A stretch of DNA of 64,000 bases from Nannocystis bainbridge (GTDB lineage Bacteria; Myxococcota_A; Polyangia; Nannocystales; Nannocystaceae). Every line of letters starts with the position of its first letter. Positions within the stretch are counted from its first letter, which is position 1. The notes under the pieces are model-generated. The model saw nothing but the letters and a program-made list of their open reading frames with translations, searched no databases and was not told where the DNA came from. The stretch spans positions 2,464,001 through 2,528,000 of the forward strand of contig NZ_JAQNDL010000001.1 in NCBI RefSeq assembly GCF_028368995.1, in the 5' to 3' direction. This document shows, one piece after another, positions 12,172 to 21,834 of this stretch. The translations under genes were made by a program, and so were the position numbers.

Positions 12172-12837
12172 TTGCGGGACTTGCACCGGCAACGCCCAAT
12201 CCTCCTCGCCGTGAGCCTCGTCGCGGTGGTGGTGTGGGCGGTTCCTCACGAAGTGCAAGCCTGCAGCTGCATGCCGCCGCCCGCGCCCACGGTCGCCCGC
12301 GACCAGGCCGAGGCAGTGTTCGAAGCCCGCGTCGAGGCGGTGCAGACCTCCGACTCGAACGGGATGGTCCGCTACGGGCTGGCGGTCCAGCGGGTGTTCA
12401 AGGGCGACCTGCCCGCGTCGACGACGGTCGTGACCCGCTCCAGCAGCGCCGCCTGCGGCCGCAGCTTCGTGGTCGGCAAGAGCTACCTGCTCTACGCCCA
12501 CCGCACGCCGGAGGGCGATCTCGGCGACACGATGTGCTCGCGCACCCGCCAGATGGGCACGGCGGACGAAGATCTCGCAGCCCTGGGCGCCGGCACCCCG
12601 CCCCCCGCCCCGGCCGCGCCCGAGAGCCAAAGCCGCGAGCCACCACGGATCGAGCCCCCGGCCGCCCCGCCAGCCCTCGGCGCCCCGGCGCCCACCACCC
12701 GGCAAGGCTGCGACCTGGCCGGCAGCGGGCCCGCCGGCCTCGCCAGCCTGGTCCTGCTCGCGCTCCGCCGTCGTCGCCGCGCCGCGACGTGCGTGAGCCC
12801 GCACCCGCAGGGCCCTGTCAGCGAGCCCGGAGCCTGA
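12172..12837 (+). CDS. TIMP/NTR-like domain protein with MYXO-CTERM anchor
   Basis: Signal peptide ending VQA then CSC; VFKG, SSAACG..F..GKSYLLYA, CSRT; tail GCDL...LALRRRRR. Start codon uncertain. Confidence 0.75.
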   Translation: MRDLHRQRPILLAVSLVAVVVWAVPHEVQACSCMPPPAPTVARDQAEAVFEARVEAVQTSDSNGMVRYGLAVQRVFKGDLPASTTVVTRSSSAACGRSFVVGKSYLLYAHRTPEGDLGDTMCSRTRQMGTADEDLAALGAGTPPPAPAAPESQSREPPRIEPPAAPPALGAPAPTTRQGCDLAGSGPAGLASLVLLALRRRRRAATCVSPHPQGPVSEPGA

Positions 12838-12937
12838 TAGCCTCCGCGCCCGTCTGGGCGGCATGCCTGGAGCCACCACGACCGTCGCCGACGGCCGGGA
12901 TTCCGTGCATGCTTGCGCCAGCCTGGAGACCGCCCTG

Positions 12938-14575
12938 ATGTCCTTTGGCCTGTTCCGCGTCCCCGAACCCGTCAACGAACCCGTGCGCTCGTACGCGCCC
13001 GACACGCCGGAACGCGCCTCGCTCAAGGCCACCTACGCCGATCTCGCCGCCAAGAAGTTCGACGTGCCCCTGTGGATCGGCGGCAAGGCGGTCCGCACCG
13101 GCAACATCAGCCCGATCGTCTGCCCGCACCAGCGCAAGGCGGAGCTCGGCGGGTTCCACCAGGCCGGCTCGCGCGAGGTCGGCGACGCCATCGTCGCCGC
13201 GCAGGCCGCCCGCGCCGACTGGGCGGCGATGCCGTGGGACCAGCGGGCCGCGATCTTCCTGCGCGCCGCGGCGCTGCTGCGCGGGCCGTTCCGCGACAAG
13301 CTCAACGCGGCGACGATGCTGAACCAGTCGAAGACGGCGCACCAGGCCGAGATCGACGCGGCCTGCGAGCTCATCGATTTCTTCCACTTCAACGTCCAAT
13401 TCCTGACGCAGCTGTACGGCGAGCAGCCGATCTCGTCGCCAGGCACGTGGAACCGCGTCGAGTACCGCCCGCTCGACGGCTTCGTGTTCGCGGTGACGCC
13501 GTTCAACTTCACGTCGATCGCCGGCAACCTGCCGACGGCGCCGGCGCTGTGCGGCAACACGGTGGTGTGGAAGCCGGCCTCGACGGCGGTGCTGTCGGGC
13601 TCGGTCATCATGGAGCTGCTGCAGGCCGCCGGCCTGCCCCCGGGCGTCATCAACTTCGTGCCCGGCCCGCCCGCCGCCGTCGGCGAGCAGGTGCTGGCCC
13701 ACCGCGACCTGGCCGGCGTCCACTTCACCGGCTCGACCCCGGTGTTCAAGCAGATGTGGCGGTCGATCGGCAACAACATCGACAACTACGTCAGCTATCC
13801 GCGCCTGGTCGGAGAGACAGGTGGCAAGGACTTCGTGTTCGCCCACCCGAGCGCCGACGTGCAGTCGCTGGCGCACAACCTGCTGCGCGGCGCCTTCGAG
13901 TACCAGGGCCAGAAGTGCTCGGCCGCCTCGCGCGCGTACATCCCCGACAACCTGTGGCCGCAGGTGCGGGAGATCCTGGCCGACGGGGTCGCCAGCATCA
14001 AGGTCGGCGACGTCAGCGACTTCACCAACTTCATGGGCGCGGTGATCGACGCCCGCGCCTACGCCAAGCTGCGCGAGGCGATCGAGGAGGCGCGCAGCCG
14101 CCAGGGCGGGCGCGTCGCCGAGGTCATCGGCGGCGAGAGCGACGACAAGCACGGCTTCTTCATCCGCCCGGCGATCATCGCCGGGGTCGAGCCGGAGTAC
14201 CGGACGATGAAGGAGGAGCTGTTCGGGCCGGTGCTCACGGTGCACATCTACCCGCAGGCCCGCTTCGAGGAGACGCTGGGGCTGTGCGAGCGCGGCAGCG
14301 AGTACGCGCTGACCGGCGCCATCTTCGCAGAGAACCGGGGGGCGATCGTCGAGGCGACCGAGACGCTGCGCCACGCGGCCGGCAACTTCTACGTCAACGA
14401 CAAGCCGACCGGCGCGGTGGTCGGCCAGCAGCCGTTCGGCGGCAGTCGGGCCAGCGGCACCAACGACAAGGCGGGCAGCCTGCTGAACCTGATGCGGTGG
14501 ATCTCGCCGCGTACGATCAAGGAGACGTTCACGCCGCTCCGGGACTACCGCTACCCGTTCATGGACGCCGGCTAG
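12938..14575 (+). CDS. pruA: L-glutamate gamma-semialdehyde (P5C) dehydrogenase
   Basis: NEPVRSYAP, PFNFTSIAGNL, GETGGKDF, EYQGQKCSA, QQPFGGSRASGTNDKAGS; GGAG RBS. Confidence 0.95.
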   Translation: MSFGLFRVPEPVNEPVRSYAPDTPERASLKATYADLAAKKFDVPLWIGGKAVRTGNISPIVCPHQRKAELGGFHQAGSREVGDAIVAAQAARADWAAMPWDQRAAIFLRAAALLRGPFRDKLNAATMLNQSKTAHQAEIDAACELIDFFHFNVQFLTQLYGEQPISSPGTWNRVEYRPLDGFVFAVTPFNFTSIAGNLPTAPALCGNTVVWKPASTAVLSGSVIMELLQAAGLPPGVINFVPGPPAAVGEQVLAHRDLAGVHFTGSTPVFKQMWRSIGNNIDNYVSYPRLVGETGGKDFVFAHPSADVQSLAHNLLRGAFEYQGQKCSAASRAYIPDNLWPQVREILADGVASIKVGDVSDFTNFMGAVIDARAYAKLREAIEEARSRQGGRVAEVIGGESDDKHGFFIRPAIIAGVEPEYRTMKEELFGPVLTVHIYPQARFEETLGLCERGSEYALTGAIFAENRGAIVEATETLRHAAGNFYVNDKPTGAVVGQQPFGGSRASGTNDKAGSLLNLMRWISPRTIKETFTPLRDYRYPFMDAG

Positions 14576-14655
14576 CGGCCCGTCCTCGGGGGGGCGCGCA
14601 ACTGCGCCTCGACTTCGACTACCTTCGCCCGTAAGCCAAGTCCCGAGGACCCCCC

Positions 14656-14943
14656 ATGCGACACGTCATCCTCCCCGCCTGCGCGTCCCTCGTCCTGCTC
14701 TTTGGGGCATGTTCCAACGGCAAGGCGACGGAGGCCGAGTGTGCCGAGTTCGCGGCTCACTTCGAGGCGCTGATGGCGGGCGGGCCGACCTCGGTCGAGG
14801 TCGCCAAGACCACGCAGCTGGCCAAGAACATGGCGCAGGAGCTCCACGCCCGGTGCCTGAGCGAGGGCACCGCCGCCGAGGTCCGCTGCGCGCTGGCGGC
14901 CGAGTCGATGGAGGCGCTGCAGCGCTGCGGCGCCCCCACGTGA
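14656..14943 (+). CDS. Small Cys-containing lipoprotein
   Basis: Lipobox FGAC; GAGG RBS upstream. Confidence 0.7.
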   Translation: MRHVILPACASLVLLFGACSNGKATEAECAEFAAHFEALMAGGPTSVEVAKTTQLAKNMAQELHARCLSEGTAAEVRCALAAESMEALQRCGAPT

Positions 14944-14950
14944 GGCGGCG

Positions 14951-15436
14951 ATGAGCGATCGAGACGGGGTCGTCGTCGGCGTCCACGTGAACCCCGCCGG
15001 CGGGGTGCCGAAGTTCGCCGTCGGCCTCGCGCTCGTCACGGTCAGCGGCGTCGCCGGCGATCGCCAGCTCGACCTCAGGTACCACGGCGGCCCCGACCGC
15101 GCGGTCTGCCTGTTCGCGCGCGAGCGCATCGATGCGCTGATCGCCGAGGGCCACCCGATCGCGCCGGGCACCACCGGCGAGAACCTCACGATCGCGGGCA
15201 TCGACTGGGCCCGCCTCGGTGCCGGCGACCGCCTCGTCGTCGGCGACGACGTCCTGCTCGAGATCACCGGCCCCGCCCCGCCCTGCAGCACGATCGCCGG
15301 CTCGTTCACCCGCGGCGAGTTCAAGCGGATCTCCGACAAGCTGCACCCCGGCTGGAGCCGCCTCTACGCCCGCGTGCTGCGCGAGGGCGTGGTCCGCGAG
15401 CGCGCCCCGGTCCGCCTGCTCGGGCAGGCCTCCTAG
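14951..15436 (+). CDS. MOSC domain protein (YiiM-like)
   Basis: GDRQ...HGGPDRAV, GENLT, P..PC, ARVLREG. Confidence 0.9.
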   Translation: MSDRDGVVVGVHVNPAGGVPKFAVGLALVTVSGVAGDRQLDLRYHGGPDRAVCLFARERIDALIAEGHPIAPGTTGENLTIAGIDWARLGAGDRLVVGDDVLLEITGPAPPCSTIAGSFTRGEFKRISDKLHPGWSRLYARVLREGVVRERAPVRLLGQAS

Positions 15437-15480
15437 GCCGCGGCGCCTCGGCTGCGCAGGATCCGGCCGCCCGCCTCTGC

Positions 15481-15574
15481 GCGCCTGTCGAATCGGACAT
15501 GCCCAAAAGAACATGTCGATTCGGACATGCGCGAAGGGGCATGCCCTCGCGGACATGCCCCTGCGGACAGCAGC
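15481..15574. repeat. 14-bp-period palindromic decamer array (7 units) between convergent MOSC gene and dnaJ
   Basis: CCTG 15484; CATG 15498, 15512, 15526, 15540, 15554; CAGC 15568. Confidence 0.9.
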
Positions 15575-15583
15575 GAGCTGGGC

Positions 15584-16702
15584 TCAGCAGCCGCGCTTGC
15601 GCTTGCGCAGGCTGCTGAAAAAGCCCTTCTTCGGCTCGGAGACCGACTCGCCACTGAGCTCGGCGAGCTCGCGCAGGAGGTCCTCCTGGTCGCCCGACAG
15701 CTTGGTGGGGACGGTGACCTCGACGTGGATGTGGTGGTCGCCGAAGCCGCGGCCGCCGATCACCGGAACGCCCTTGCCCTTGCGGCTGATGACGTGGTTC
15801 GGCTGGGTGCCCGCCTCGAGCTCGAGGTCGATGTCGCCGGCGAGGGTCGCGGCCTTGATGGTGCAGCCGAGCGCCGCCTGGACCATCGAGATCGTGACCT
15901 TCGAGTGGACGTCGTACTCGTCGCGCTGGAACCGTTCGTCGGGCTGGACGGCGACCTCGACGTAGAGGTTTCCGGCCGGGCCGCCCTTGGCGCCGGCCAT
16001 GCCGCGCCCGGGGATCCGCAAGGTCTGGCCGTCGTCGACGCCGGCGGGGATGTTGACCTTGAGGGTCGCCTCGCGCTGGACCGCGCCGGTGCCCGAGCAG
16101 GTCTTGCACGGCGACGTGATCATCTGCCCCTGGCCCTGGCAGCGCGGGCAGGTGGTCTGGATGGTGAAGAAGCCCTGGCGGTGGATCACCTGGCCGTGGC
16201 CGTTGCACTGGCTGCACTGCTGCGGCTTGGTGCCGGGCGCCGCGCCGCTGCCATGGCAGTCGTCGCAGGCCTCCCGGCGCTGCACCGTGAGCTCGCGCTC
16301 GACCCCGGCGACGGCCTCGGCGAACGGGATGACCACGCGGGTCTTGAGGTCTCCGCCGCGCTGCGGACCGTCGCGGCGGCCGTTGAACCCGAGGTTGCCG
16401 AACAGGTCGCCGAACAGGTCGCTGAAGCGGCTGAAGATCTCGTCGGTGCCCTGGAAGCCGGAGAAGCCGGCGCGCGACGGGCCCTCGTGTCCGTATTGAT
16501 CGTAGAGCCGACGCTTGTCGTCGTCGCTCAGGACCTCGAACGCCTCGGCCGCCTCCTTGAACTTCTCCTCGGCCTCGGGATTGCCGGGGTTGCGGTCGGG
16601 ATGCCACTGCATCGCCGCCTTGCGATAGGCGCGCTTGATGTCAGGCGCGGGGGCCGTTCGTTCGACCCCGAGAATCTCATAGTAATCGCGTTTTGCGGGC
16701 AC
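15584..16702 (-). CDS. dnaJ: Molecular chaperone DnaJ (class A)
   Basis: [13 protein letters not shown] region, four CxxCxGxG motifs; GTG start inferred. Confidence 0.95.
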   Translation of the reverse strand: MPAKRDYYEILGVERTAPAPDIKRAYRKAAMQWHPDRNPGNPEAEEKFKEAAEAFEVLSDDDKRRLYDQYGHEGPSRAGFSGFQGTDEIFSRFSDLFGDLFGNLGFNGRRDGPQRGGDLKTRVVIPFAEAVAGVERELTVQRREACDDCHGSGAAPGTKPQQCSQCNGHGQVIHRQGFFTIQTTCPRCQGQGQMITSPCKTCSGTGAVQREATLKVNIPAGVDDGQTLRIPGRGMAGAKGGPAGNLYVEVAVQPDERFQRDEYDVHSKVTISMVQAALGCTIKAATLAGDIDLELEAGTQPNHVISRKGKGVPVIGGRGFGDHHIHVEVTVPTKLSGDQEDLLRELAELSGESVSEPKKGFFSSLRKRKRGC

Positions 16703-16851
16703 CGCGCGCGAGAAGCTAAACACCTGCGTCCTCGCTGTCAACGACGGCTCCCCCGAGTCGGCACTGGCCGCCGTGCGGACCGCCACGCGCTCAGCGGAGC
16801 GCGCGCGGCGATGACGCTTGTGGTAGCGTGCGCGCCCGAGGACACTGCCCG

Positions 16852-17481
16852 ATGCACAAGATTGCTCCCATCCGCGCGCTCGTGGCGACCGCCTGCGCAC
16901 TCCCGATCCTCGCTGCCGGGTGCCAGGAAGAGCCGCTCCCGCTGTTCGACGAGCAGGGCACCTGGGTGCTCTCGCTGTTCAGCCTCGAAGACGGCGACCC
17001 CATCAGCGACTTCGGCTCTGGCCTGCGCCAGGAGAAGTACATGATCTTCTACGACAAGGACGCGAAGGTCGTGGCCACGGCGGCGTGCAGCGACTCGATG
17101 GGGGAGCAGGGCGTCAAGGCCAGCCAGTGCGACCTGTCGGGGGAGCAGGGCTACGCCTGTCGCTGCTTCAACTACGAGTTCGACGAGACGCGGATGACCT
17201 GGACCGAGTTCGTGCCCAAGGGCCAGCCGAAGCCGCCGGAGCCGGGCGAGGAGGACATCGCCAACGGCGCGGTGCCGCCGGACCAGGGGGTCCGGATCCA
17301 GCTCGAAGAGTACAGCCCCGACACGTACAACGACACCTGGCGCTACACCCCGCTCCCGTTCGGCGTGTTCGACAGCAACGGCGTGACCTCGCAGTACGTG
17401 TTCCAGGGCCGCAGCGAGGCCTCGTTCGACGGGACCGGCTGCCGGAAGGTGTGCGGCATCGCCGGCGAGCCGGCGATGTGA
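16852..17481 (+). CDS. Hypothetical Cys-containing lipoprotein
   Basis: Lipobox LAAGC; strong GC3 codon bias. Confidence 0.75.
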   Translation: MHKIAPIRALVATACALPILAAGCQEEPLPLFDEQGTWVLSLFSLEDGDPISDFGSGLRQEKYMIFYDKDAKVVATAACSDSMGEQGVKASQCDLSGEQGYACRCFNYEFDETRMTWTEFVPKGQPKPPEPGEEDIANGAVPPDQGVRIQLEEYSPDTYNDTWRYTPLPFGVFDSNGVTSQYVFQGRSEASFDGTGCRKVCGIAGEPAM

Positions 17482-17528
17482 CGCGCACGCCGTTCCCACG
17501 CCGGGGCGCTTCCGCTATCCTCGCCCGC

Positions 17529-17623
17529 GGAGGCGCTCGGCTCGCTGGTGCGGCCCCCGGTCTTCAACACCGGAGTGGGGTGCGAGGAGCGCCCTGGGCA
17601 GGTTCGATTCCTGTGCGCCTCCG
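17529..17623 (+). tRNA. selC: tRNA-Sec (anticodon UCA)
   Basis: 8-bp acceptor stem GGAGGCGC/GCGCCTCC, G discriminator, anticodon arm CCGGT-CTTCAAC-ACCGG, long variable arm, T arm GCAGG-TTCGATT-CCTGT; CCA not encoded. Confidence 0.93.
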
Positions 17624-17642
17624 ATCTCCTCGGCCCTGACGC

Positions 17643-19943
17643 ATGTTCGACCCCACCTCCGGCCTGCTCGCGCTCCTCGTCGCCGTCTTCGCGTCCGCCG
17701 GCCTGCTGGTCGCCGTCTTCGGGCGCGCGCCGCAGCTCCGCGGTCTGGCCCAGGCGCTCCGCCCCAGCCGCGCGCGGCGCCGGTTGTTCGCCGGCGCCGG
17801 CCTCGGCGCCATCGTCGGGGCCGCGTTCGCGCTGGCCGCCGGAGGGCCCGGCGCGATCGCCTGGTGGTGGCTGGCCGGGCTGCTCGGCGGCGGGCTCCAC
17901 TGGGCCGAGGCCCGTCTCGGCGCCGCCGAGCGCGTCGATGACATGTCCCGAGGTTCCGGTCGCTTCGGACATGTCCTGAAGTTCATGTCCGCTTGCGCAG
18001 GACTGGCCGCCGCCCTCGCCGCAGGCGGGCTGTTGCTCGCCCAGCAGGGCGCCGAAGTGCTGCGCGACTCGCTCGGCCTGGCGCCGTGGGCGGCCGGGCC
18101 GGTGCTGGCCGGGCTGCTGCTCGCGTTGGCGCTGCTCGCCCGCCGTCGCCCCGGCGGCGACGACCTCGCCGGCCTCGGCGCCCTCGCCGGCTTCGCCTTG
18201 CTGGCGTGGACCGGGGTGGCGCTGGCCGCCCTGCTCGCCGCCCCGGGCGCGCTCGCGGCTGGTCTTTCGGCCATGGTCGAAGGGGCATGGTCGGGCGAGG
18301 CCGCGCTGGCCGGCGCGCTCGCGGCCGCGGGTCAAGCTGTCCTTTGGAGCAGCTTCGCCGCGGGCATCGGCGGCGCGGCCGACGGCGACCCGTCCGAGCC
18401 GGCCGAGCGGGTGGTCGGCGTCGCGCCGATCACGGCCGCGGTGGCCACCCTCGCCGGTCTGCTGGTGCTCGCGGGCGGCGACCCGCGCGCGCCGATCGTC
18501 GCCGCCGAGGCGAGCGCGCTGCCCGGCGCGCCCGCTGGCACGGTCGCGCTCGAGCGGTACATCGGCGTCGGCCTGCAGCCGAGCGACTACGGCCAGACCG
18601 TCGTGCTCGCCGGCGACCTCGGCCTCACGCCGGGCAAGCGCTACGAGGTCGTGCTGCGCGCCGACCCGCGCGGGCATCGGGCCGGCGAGGTCATCGCCGG
18701 CGACAACCTGGTGGTGGTGCCGACCTACGCCGTCGCGGCCGACGTCGACAGCGTCATCCTGCGCGACAAGGACCCGGCGCGCGCCGGCAACCCCGGCTTC
18801 GACGTCCACATCGCCTGCACCCGCGAGCGCGTGAAGACCCGCGTCGGCGAGTTCTACAAGCTGCGCCCGCGCGACCCCAACATCAACCTTTTCCAGTTGA
18901 TGCGGGCGCGCGACCTCGACGGGCCGTACGTGCGGCTGCGCGACTATCACTTCGTCGCCAGCGTCCGCCCCGCCGTCGCCCTCGGCAGCAACGAGACGCG
19001 TCACCTTCTTTACGAGGAGCCGCGCCCGGACGACGCGCCGGCCGACCCCACGCTGCGCGAGCTGATCACGCTCGGCTTCGCCGGCCCCTACCTCGATCCG
19101 GGCGGCGCGACCGAAGCGCCTCCGTTCGCCCTCGCCGCCGCGCCCGGGGCCGCGCTGACGCTCGATCAGCGCGTGCACCTCCGCCTCGACGCGCCGGTGC
19201 GCGGCCTGGAACTCGGGTTCGTCAATCGCCTCGGCGAGCTCGAGGTGCCGCCGTGGGATCTGCTCGCGGGCGTTACTGACGCCGTGCTGCCCCACCGCGA
19301 CGACCCCGGGCTCGACGTGCACGTGCCGGTCCGCAGCCGCCTCGCGTTCGGCCGCTTGCGCTTCACCAGCGCCGACCCCGCGATCGTGTTCGCCGAGCTC
19401 TCCAAGTCGCATCCCGATCACGGCGCGCCGCGGCTGGTGCCGCCGAGCCATCGCTTCGCCGCCGAGGTGCGCGCGTCGACCCGCGTGCCCGCGCCGCGGC
19501 CCGACGGCCCGGTGTTAATTCCGCTTCACCGCGACCTGCATCCGACCGGCAATCCGGGCTACTCGCTTTACACGCCGCATCCGGCCGAGCTGCTGCTCGC
19601 GGGCATGCAGGCGCCGGTGCGCGACCAGTTCGGCGCCGCGCAGGTGCTGCCCGGGCTGCGCGCGGGACTCGGGCGGGCGGGCGACATCGCCGGCGGCCTG
19701 GTCCTCGGCGTCCTCACCCTCGCGGGCTTGATGTTCTGGCTGCGCCGGGGCCAGCGCTTCGCCGCGGGCTGCTTCGGCGGCGGTGAATTCGGGGTCGCGC
19801 TGGTGTTCCTCGTCTGCGTCTTCGCCGGTCCCGCGTGCGATCCGGCCGCGCTGCTGCGGCTCGCCGTGCCCGCGCTGGCGCTGGCCGCCGTGCTCGGACT
19901 CACCGTGATCCTCACCCGTCTGCAGCGGCTGCGGGGGCCTTGA
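17643..19943 (+). CDS. Degenerate alanine/glycine:cation symporter (AGCS)-like membrane protein with a large extracytoplasmic insertion
   Basis: GLGAIVGAAFALAAGGPGAIAWWWLAGLLG...AEARL resembles the AGCS motif GTGNIAGVA.A...GGPGA.FWMW. Confidence 0.6.
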   Translation: MFDPTSGLLALLVAVFASAGLLVAVFGRAPQLRGLAQALRPSRARRRLFAGAGLGAIVGAAFALAAGGPGAIAWWWLAGLLGGGLHWAEARLGAAERVDDMSRGSGRFGHVLKFMSACAGLAAALAAGGLLLAQQGAEVLRDSLGLAPWAAGPVLAGLLLALALLARRRPGGDDLAGLGALAGFALLAWTGVALAALLAAPGALAAGLSAMVEGAWSGEAALAGALAAAGQAVLWSSFAAGIGGAADGDPSEPAERVVGVAPITAAVATLAGLLVLAGGDPRAPIVAAEASALPGAPAGTVALERYIGVGLQPSDYGQTVVLAGDLGLTPGKRYEVVLRADPRGHRAGEVIAGDNLVVVPTYAVAADVDSVILRDKDPARAGNPGFDVHIACTRERVKTRVGEFYKLRPRDPNINLFQLMRARDLDGPYVRLRDYHFVASVRPAVALGSNETRHLLYEEPRPDDAPADPTLRELITLGFAGPYLDPGGATEAPPFALAAAPGAALTLDQRVHLRLDAPVRGLELGFVNRLGELEVPPWDLLAGVTDAVLPHRDDPGLDVHVPVRSRLAFGRLRFTSADPAIVFAELSKSHPDHGAPRLVPPSHRFAAEVRASTRVPAPRPDGPVLIPLHRDLHPTGNPGYSLYTPHPAELLLAGMQAPVRDQFGAAQVLPGLRAGLGRAGDIAGGLVLGVLTLAGLMFWLRRGQRFAAGCFGGGEFGVALVFLVCVFAGPACDPAALLRLAVPALALAAVLGLTVILTRLQRLRGP
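17939..18004. repeat. 14-bp-period decamer array inside a CDS (5 units)
   Basis: CATG 17942, CCGG 17956, CATG 17970, CATG 17984, CAGG 17998; a further pair at 18272 and 18286. Confidence 0.8.
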
Positions 19944-20045
19944 GCGCCCGCGCGGGGCCGCTTCGCCACGGGGCCTTCATACGCTCTAGCACCGCGACAG
20001 AACGCCGCGCTTGTCGGGCCCGCGCGCGCCGGATAGCGTGTCCAT

Positions 20046-21698
20046 ATGACGCGCCCCCAGCTCTCGATCTCCGCGGCCCTCGCCCTCGCCCTCGCCCCTG
20101 CGTGCGGCGATGACACCGGCGGCGCCGCCACCGGCGACGGCCCGGCCACCAACATCACGGCGACCGACGGTCCCGGGGGGACGAGCGAGGGCGGCAGCGA
20201 GTCGGACGGCGGGGTCACGACCGCGGCGCCGGAGCCGTTCGTGCCGGTGCCGGCGGTCGGCGGCATCGAGCTCGAGTGGGTCGAGGCCAACCAGGGCATC
20301 GGCGTGGCGATCGGCCGCGACGGCGCCGGCGTCGGCGGGTCCGACCGCACCTCGTACCTGCTGCAGAACCGGCTCACGCTGATCCGCGCGTTCTGGCGCA
20401 AGCTGCCCGAGGACTGGGTCCCGCGCGAGATCGAGGCCCGGCTCATCATCAGCGGCTACCCCGAGGGCGACAAGGTGCTGTCGAGCAAGGCGCTGGTCGA
20501 CGGCGCGGCGTTCGTCGGCAACCTCGAGAAGAGCTTCTACTGGGGCCTGATGCCGGCCGAGGTCATCTCGGGGCTCAAGTACCGCATCGAGCTGTGGGAG
20601 ACCGAGAAGGGCTGGGCGCAGATCGATCCGTCCACGCCCGCGGGCTCGACCCCGCCCAATCTGCCGGTGTCCGGCAACGCCTTCATCGGCGTCGAGGACA
20701 GCTACCAGATCATGAAGGTCACCATCGTCCCGTACAACTACAACTTCGGCGGCTGCGTCACGACGCCCGACCTGTCGGAGTCGACGATGAAGAAGTTCGA
20801 GACGTTCATGTTCATGATGAACCCGATCGAGCGGCTCGAGATCACGCTGCACGAGCCGATCGACTGGCAGGGCGAGCTGACGCATTTCGGCCAGCTCAAC
20901 CAGTTCATGGTCGACCTGCGCCAGCAGGACGGCGCGCCGCCCGAGACCTACTACTACGGCTACGTCGACGTGTGCTCGGGCGGCCTCGGCGGCGCCGGCG
21001 GGCAGGCGATCGACATCCCCAGCGGCGCGCTCAAGAACGACGCGTGGAAGCGGACCTCGTCCGGTCTGTCGCTGCCGGGCAACACCGACTACGCGGCCGA
21101 GACCTTCGTCCACGAGGTCGGCCACTCGCAGGGTCGCTACCACATCGCCTGCAGCGGCGAGGCCGGGACCGACAACAGCTATCCGCACCAGGGCGGCGAC
21201 ATCGGCGAGTGGGGCTTCGGCATCAACAACTTCAAGCTCTACCACCCCACCGTGCACAAGGACTACATGACCTACTGCCACCCGGTGTGGGCCTCGACCT
21301 TCGGCTGGAACAAGGTGTTCCCGATCATCCAGCAGCTGAGCTCGTGGGACACGGACGCCCCGCCCGCGCCCGAGCAGGGCGACGTGGTCCTGCTCGGCGT
21401 GATCCAGCCCGACGGCACCGAGTCGTGGATCACCACCCCGGGCGCCGTCGACCCGAACAACCTCAGCGCCGTGCAGCACGTCGAGTTCTTCGCCGGCGGC
21501 GAGTCCGTCGCCGTCCAGGCCGCCGAGGTCCGCCCGCAGCCCGACAGCGACGCCGTCAACATCGTCGTCGCCCTGCCCGAGGGTTTCGATGATGTCACCC
21601 AGATCGCCCGCGTCGACGGCGCTCGCCGCACGATCACCAGGGCCGAGGACATCACGATCAGCCACAAGTACCGCGCGCTGCCGCTGAGCAACAAGTAG
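20046..21698 (+). CDS. Lipoprotein zinc metalloprotease (metzincin, M66-like)
   Basis: Lipobox APAC, Thr/Gly linker, HEVGHSQGRYH, Met-turn DYMTY. Confidence 0.8.
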   Translation: MTRPQLSISAALALALAPACGDDTGGAATGDGPATNITATDGPGGTSEGGSESDGGVTTAAPEPFVPVPAVGGIELEWVEANQGIGVAIGRDGAGVGGSDRTSYLLQNRLTLIRAFWRKLPEDWVPREIEARLIISGYPEGDKVLSSKALVDGAAFVGNLEKSFYWGLMPAEVISGLKYRIELWETEKGWAQIDPSTPAGSTPPNLPVSGNAFIGVEDSYQIMKVTIVPYNYNFGGCVTTPDLSESTMKKFETFMFMMNPIERLEITLHEPIDWQGELTHFGQLNQFMVDLRQQDGAPPETYYYGYVDVCSGGLGGAGGQAIDIPSGALKNDAWKRTSSGLSLPGNTDYAAETFVHEVGHSQGRYHIACSGEAGTDNSYPHQGGDIGEWGFGINNFKLYHPTVHKDYMTYCHPVWASTFGWNKVFPIIQQLSSWDTDAPPAPEQGDVVLLGVIQPDGTESWITTPGAVDPNNLSAVQHVEFFAGGESVAVQAAEVRPQPDSDAVNIVVALPEGFDDVTQIARVDGARRTITRAEDITISHKYRALPLSNK

Positions 21699-21711
21699 GG
21701 GCTGACCTTCC

Positions 21712-21763
21712 GGTCAGGTCTGAAGGGACATGTCGCTCGCGACATGTCCCTTCGCGCATTGTC
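21712..21763. repeat. 14-bp-period decamer array (4 units) between convergent genes
   Basis: CAGG 21715, CATG 21729, CATG 21743, CATT 21757. Confidence 0.8.
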
Positions 21764-21783
21764 GCCAGTCGATTTGAAAGACG

Positions 21784-21816
21784 AAGGGCCCCGGCGCGCC
21801 GCGCCGGAGCCCTTCC
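21784..21816 (-). terminator. Probable intrinsic terminator after the FG-GAP gene
   Basis: GAAGGGC-CCCGGCGC...GCGCCGG-A-GCCCTTC hairpin followed by GTCTTT on the minus strand. Confidence 0.55.
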
Positions 21817-21834
21817 CCTCACCGCTCACCCGTC

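Noticed and set aside
15481-15574. Decamer resembles the eukaryotic p53 half-site RRRCWWGYYY
   Set aside because: No p53-like protein is evident; treated as coincidence.
15570-15600. DnaJ ends Gly-Cys-UGA near tRNA-Sec, suggesting Sec readthrough
   Set aside because: DnaJ is complete at that point, the downstream sequence is the repeat array, and I see no recognisable SECIS.
17529-17643. selC as the integration site of an island
   Set aside because: No integrase and no duplicated tRNA 3' end seen in the window.
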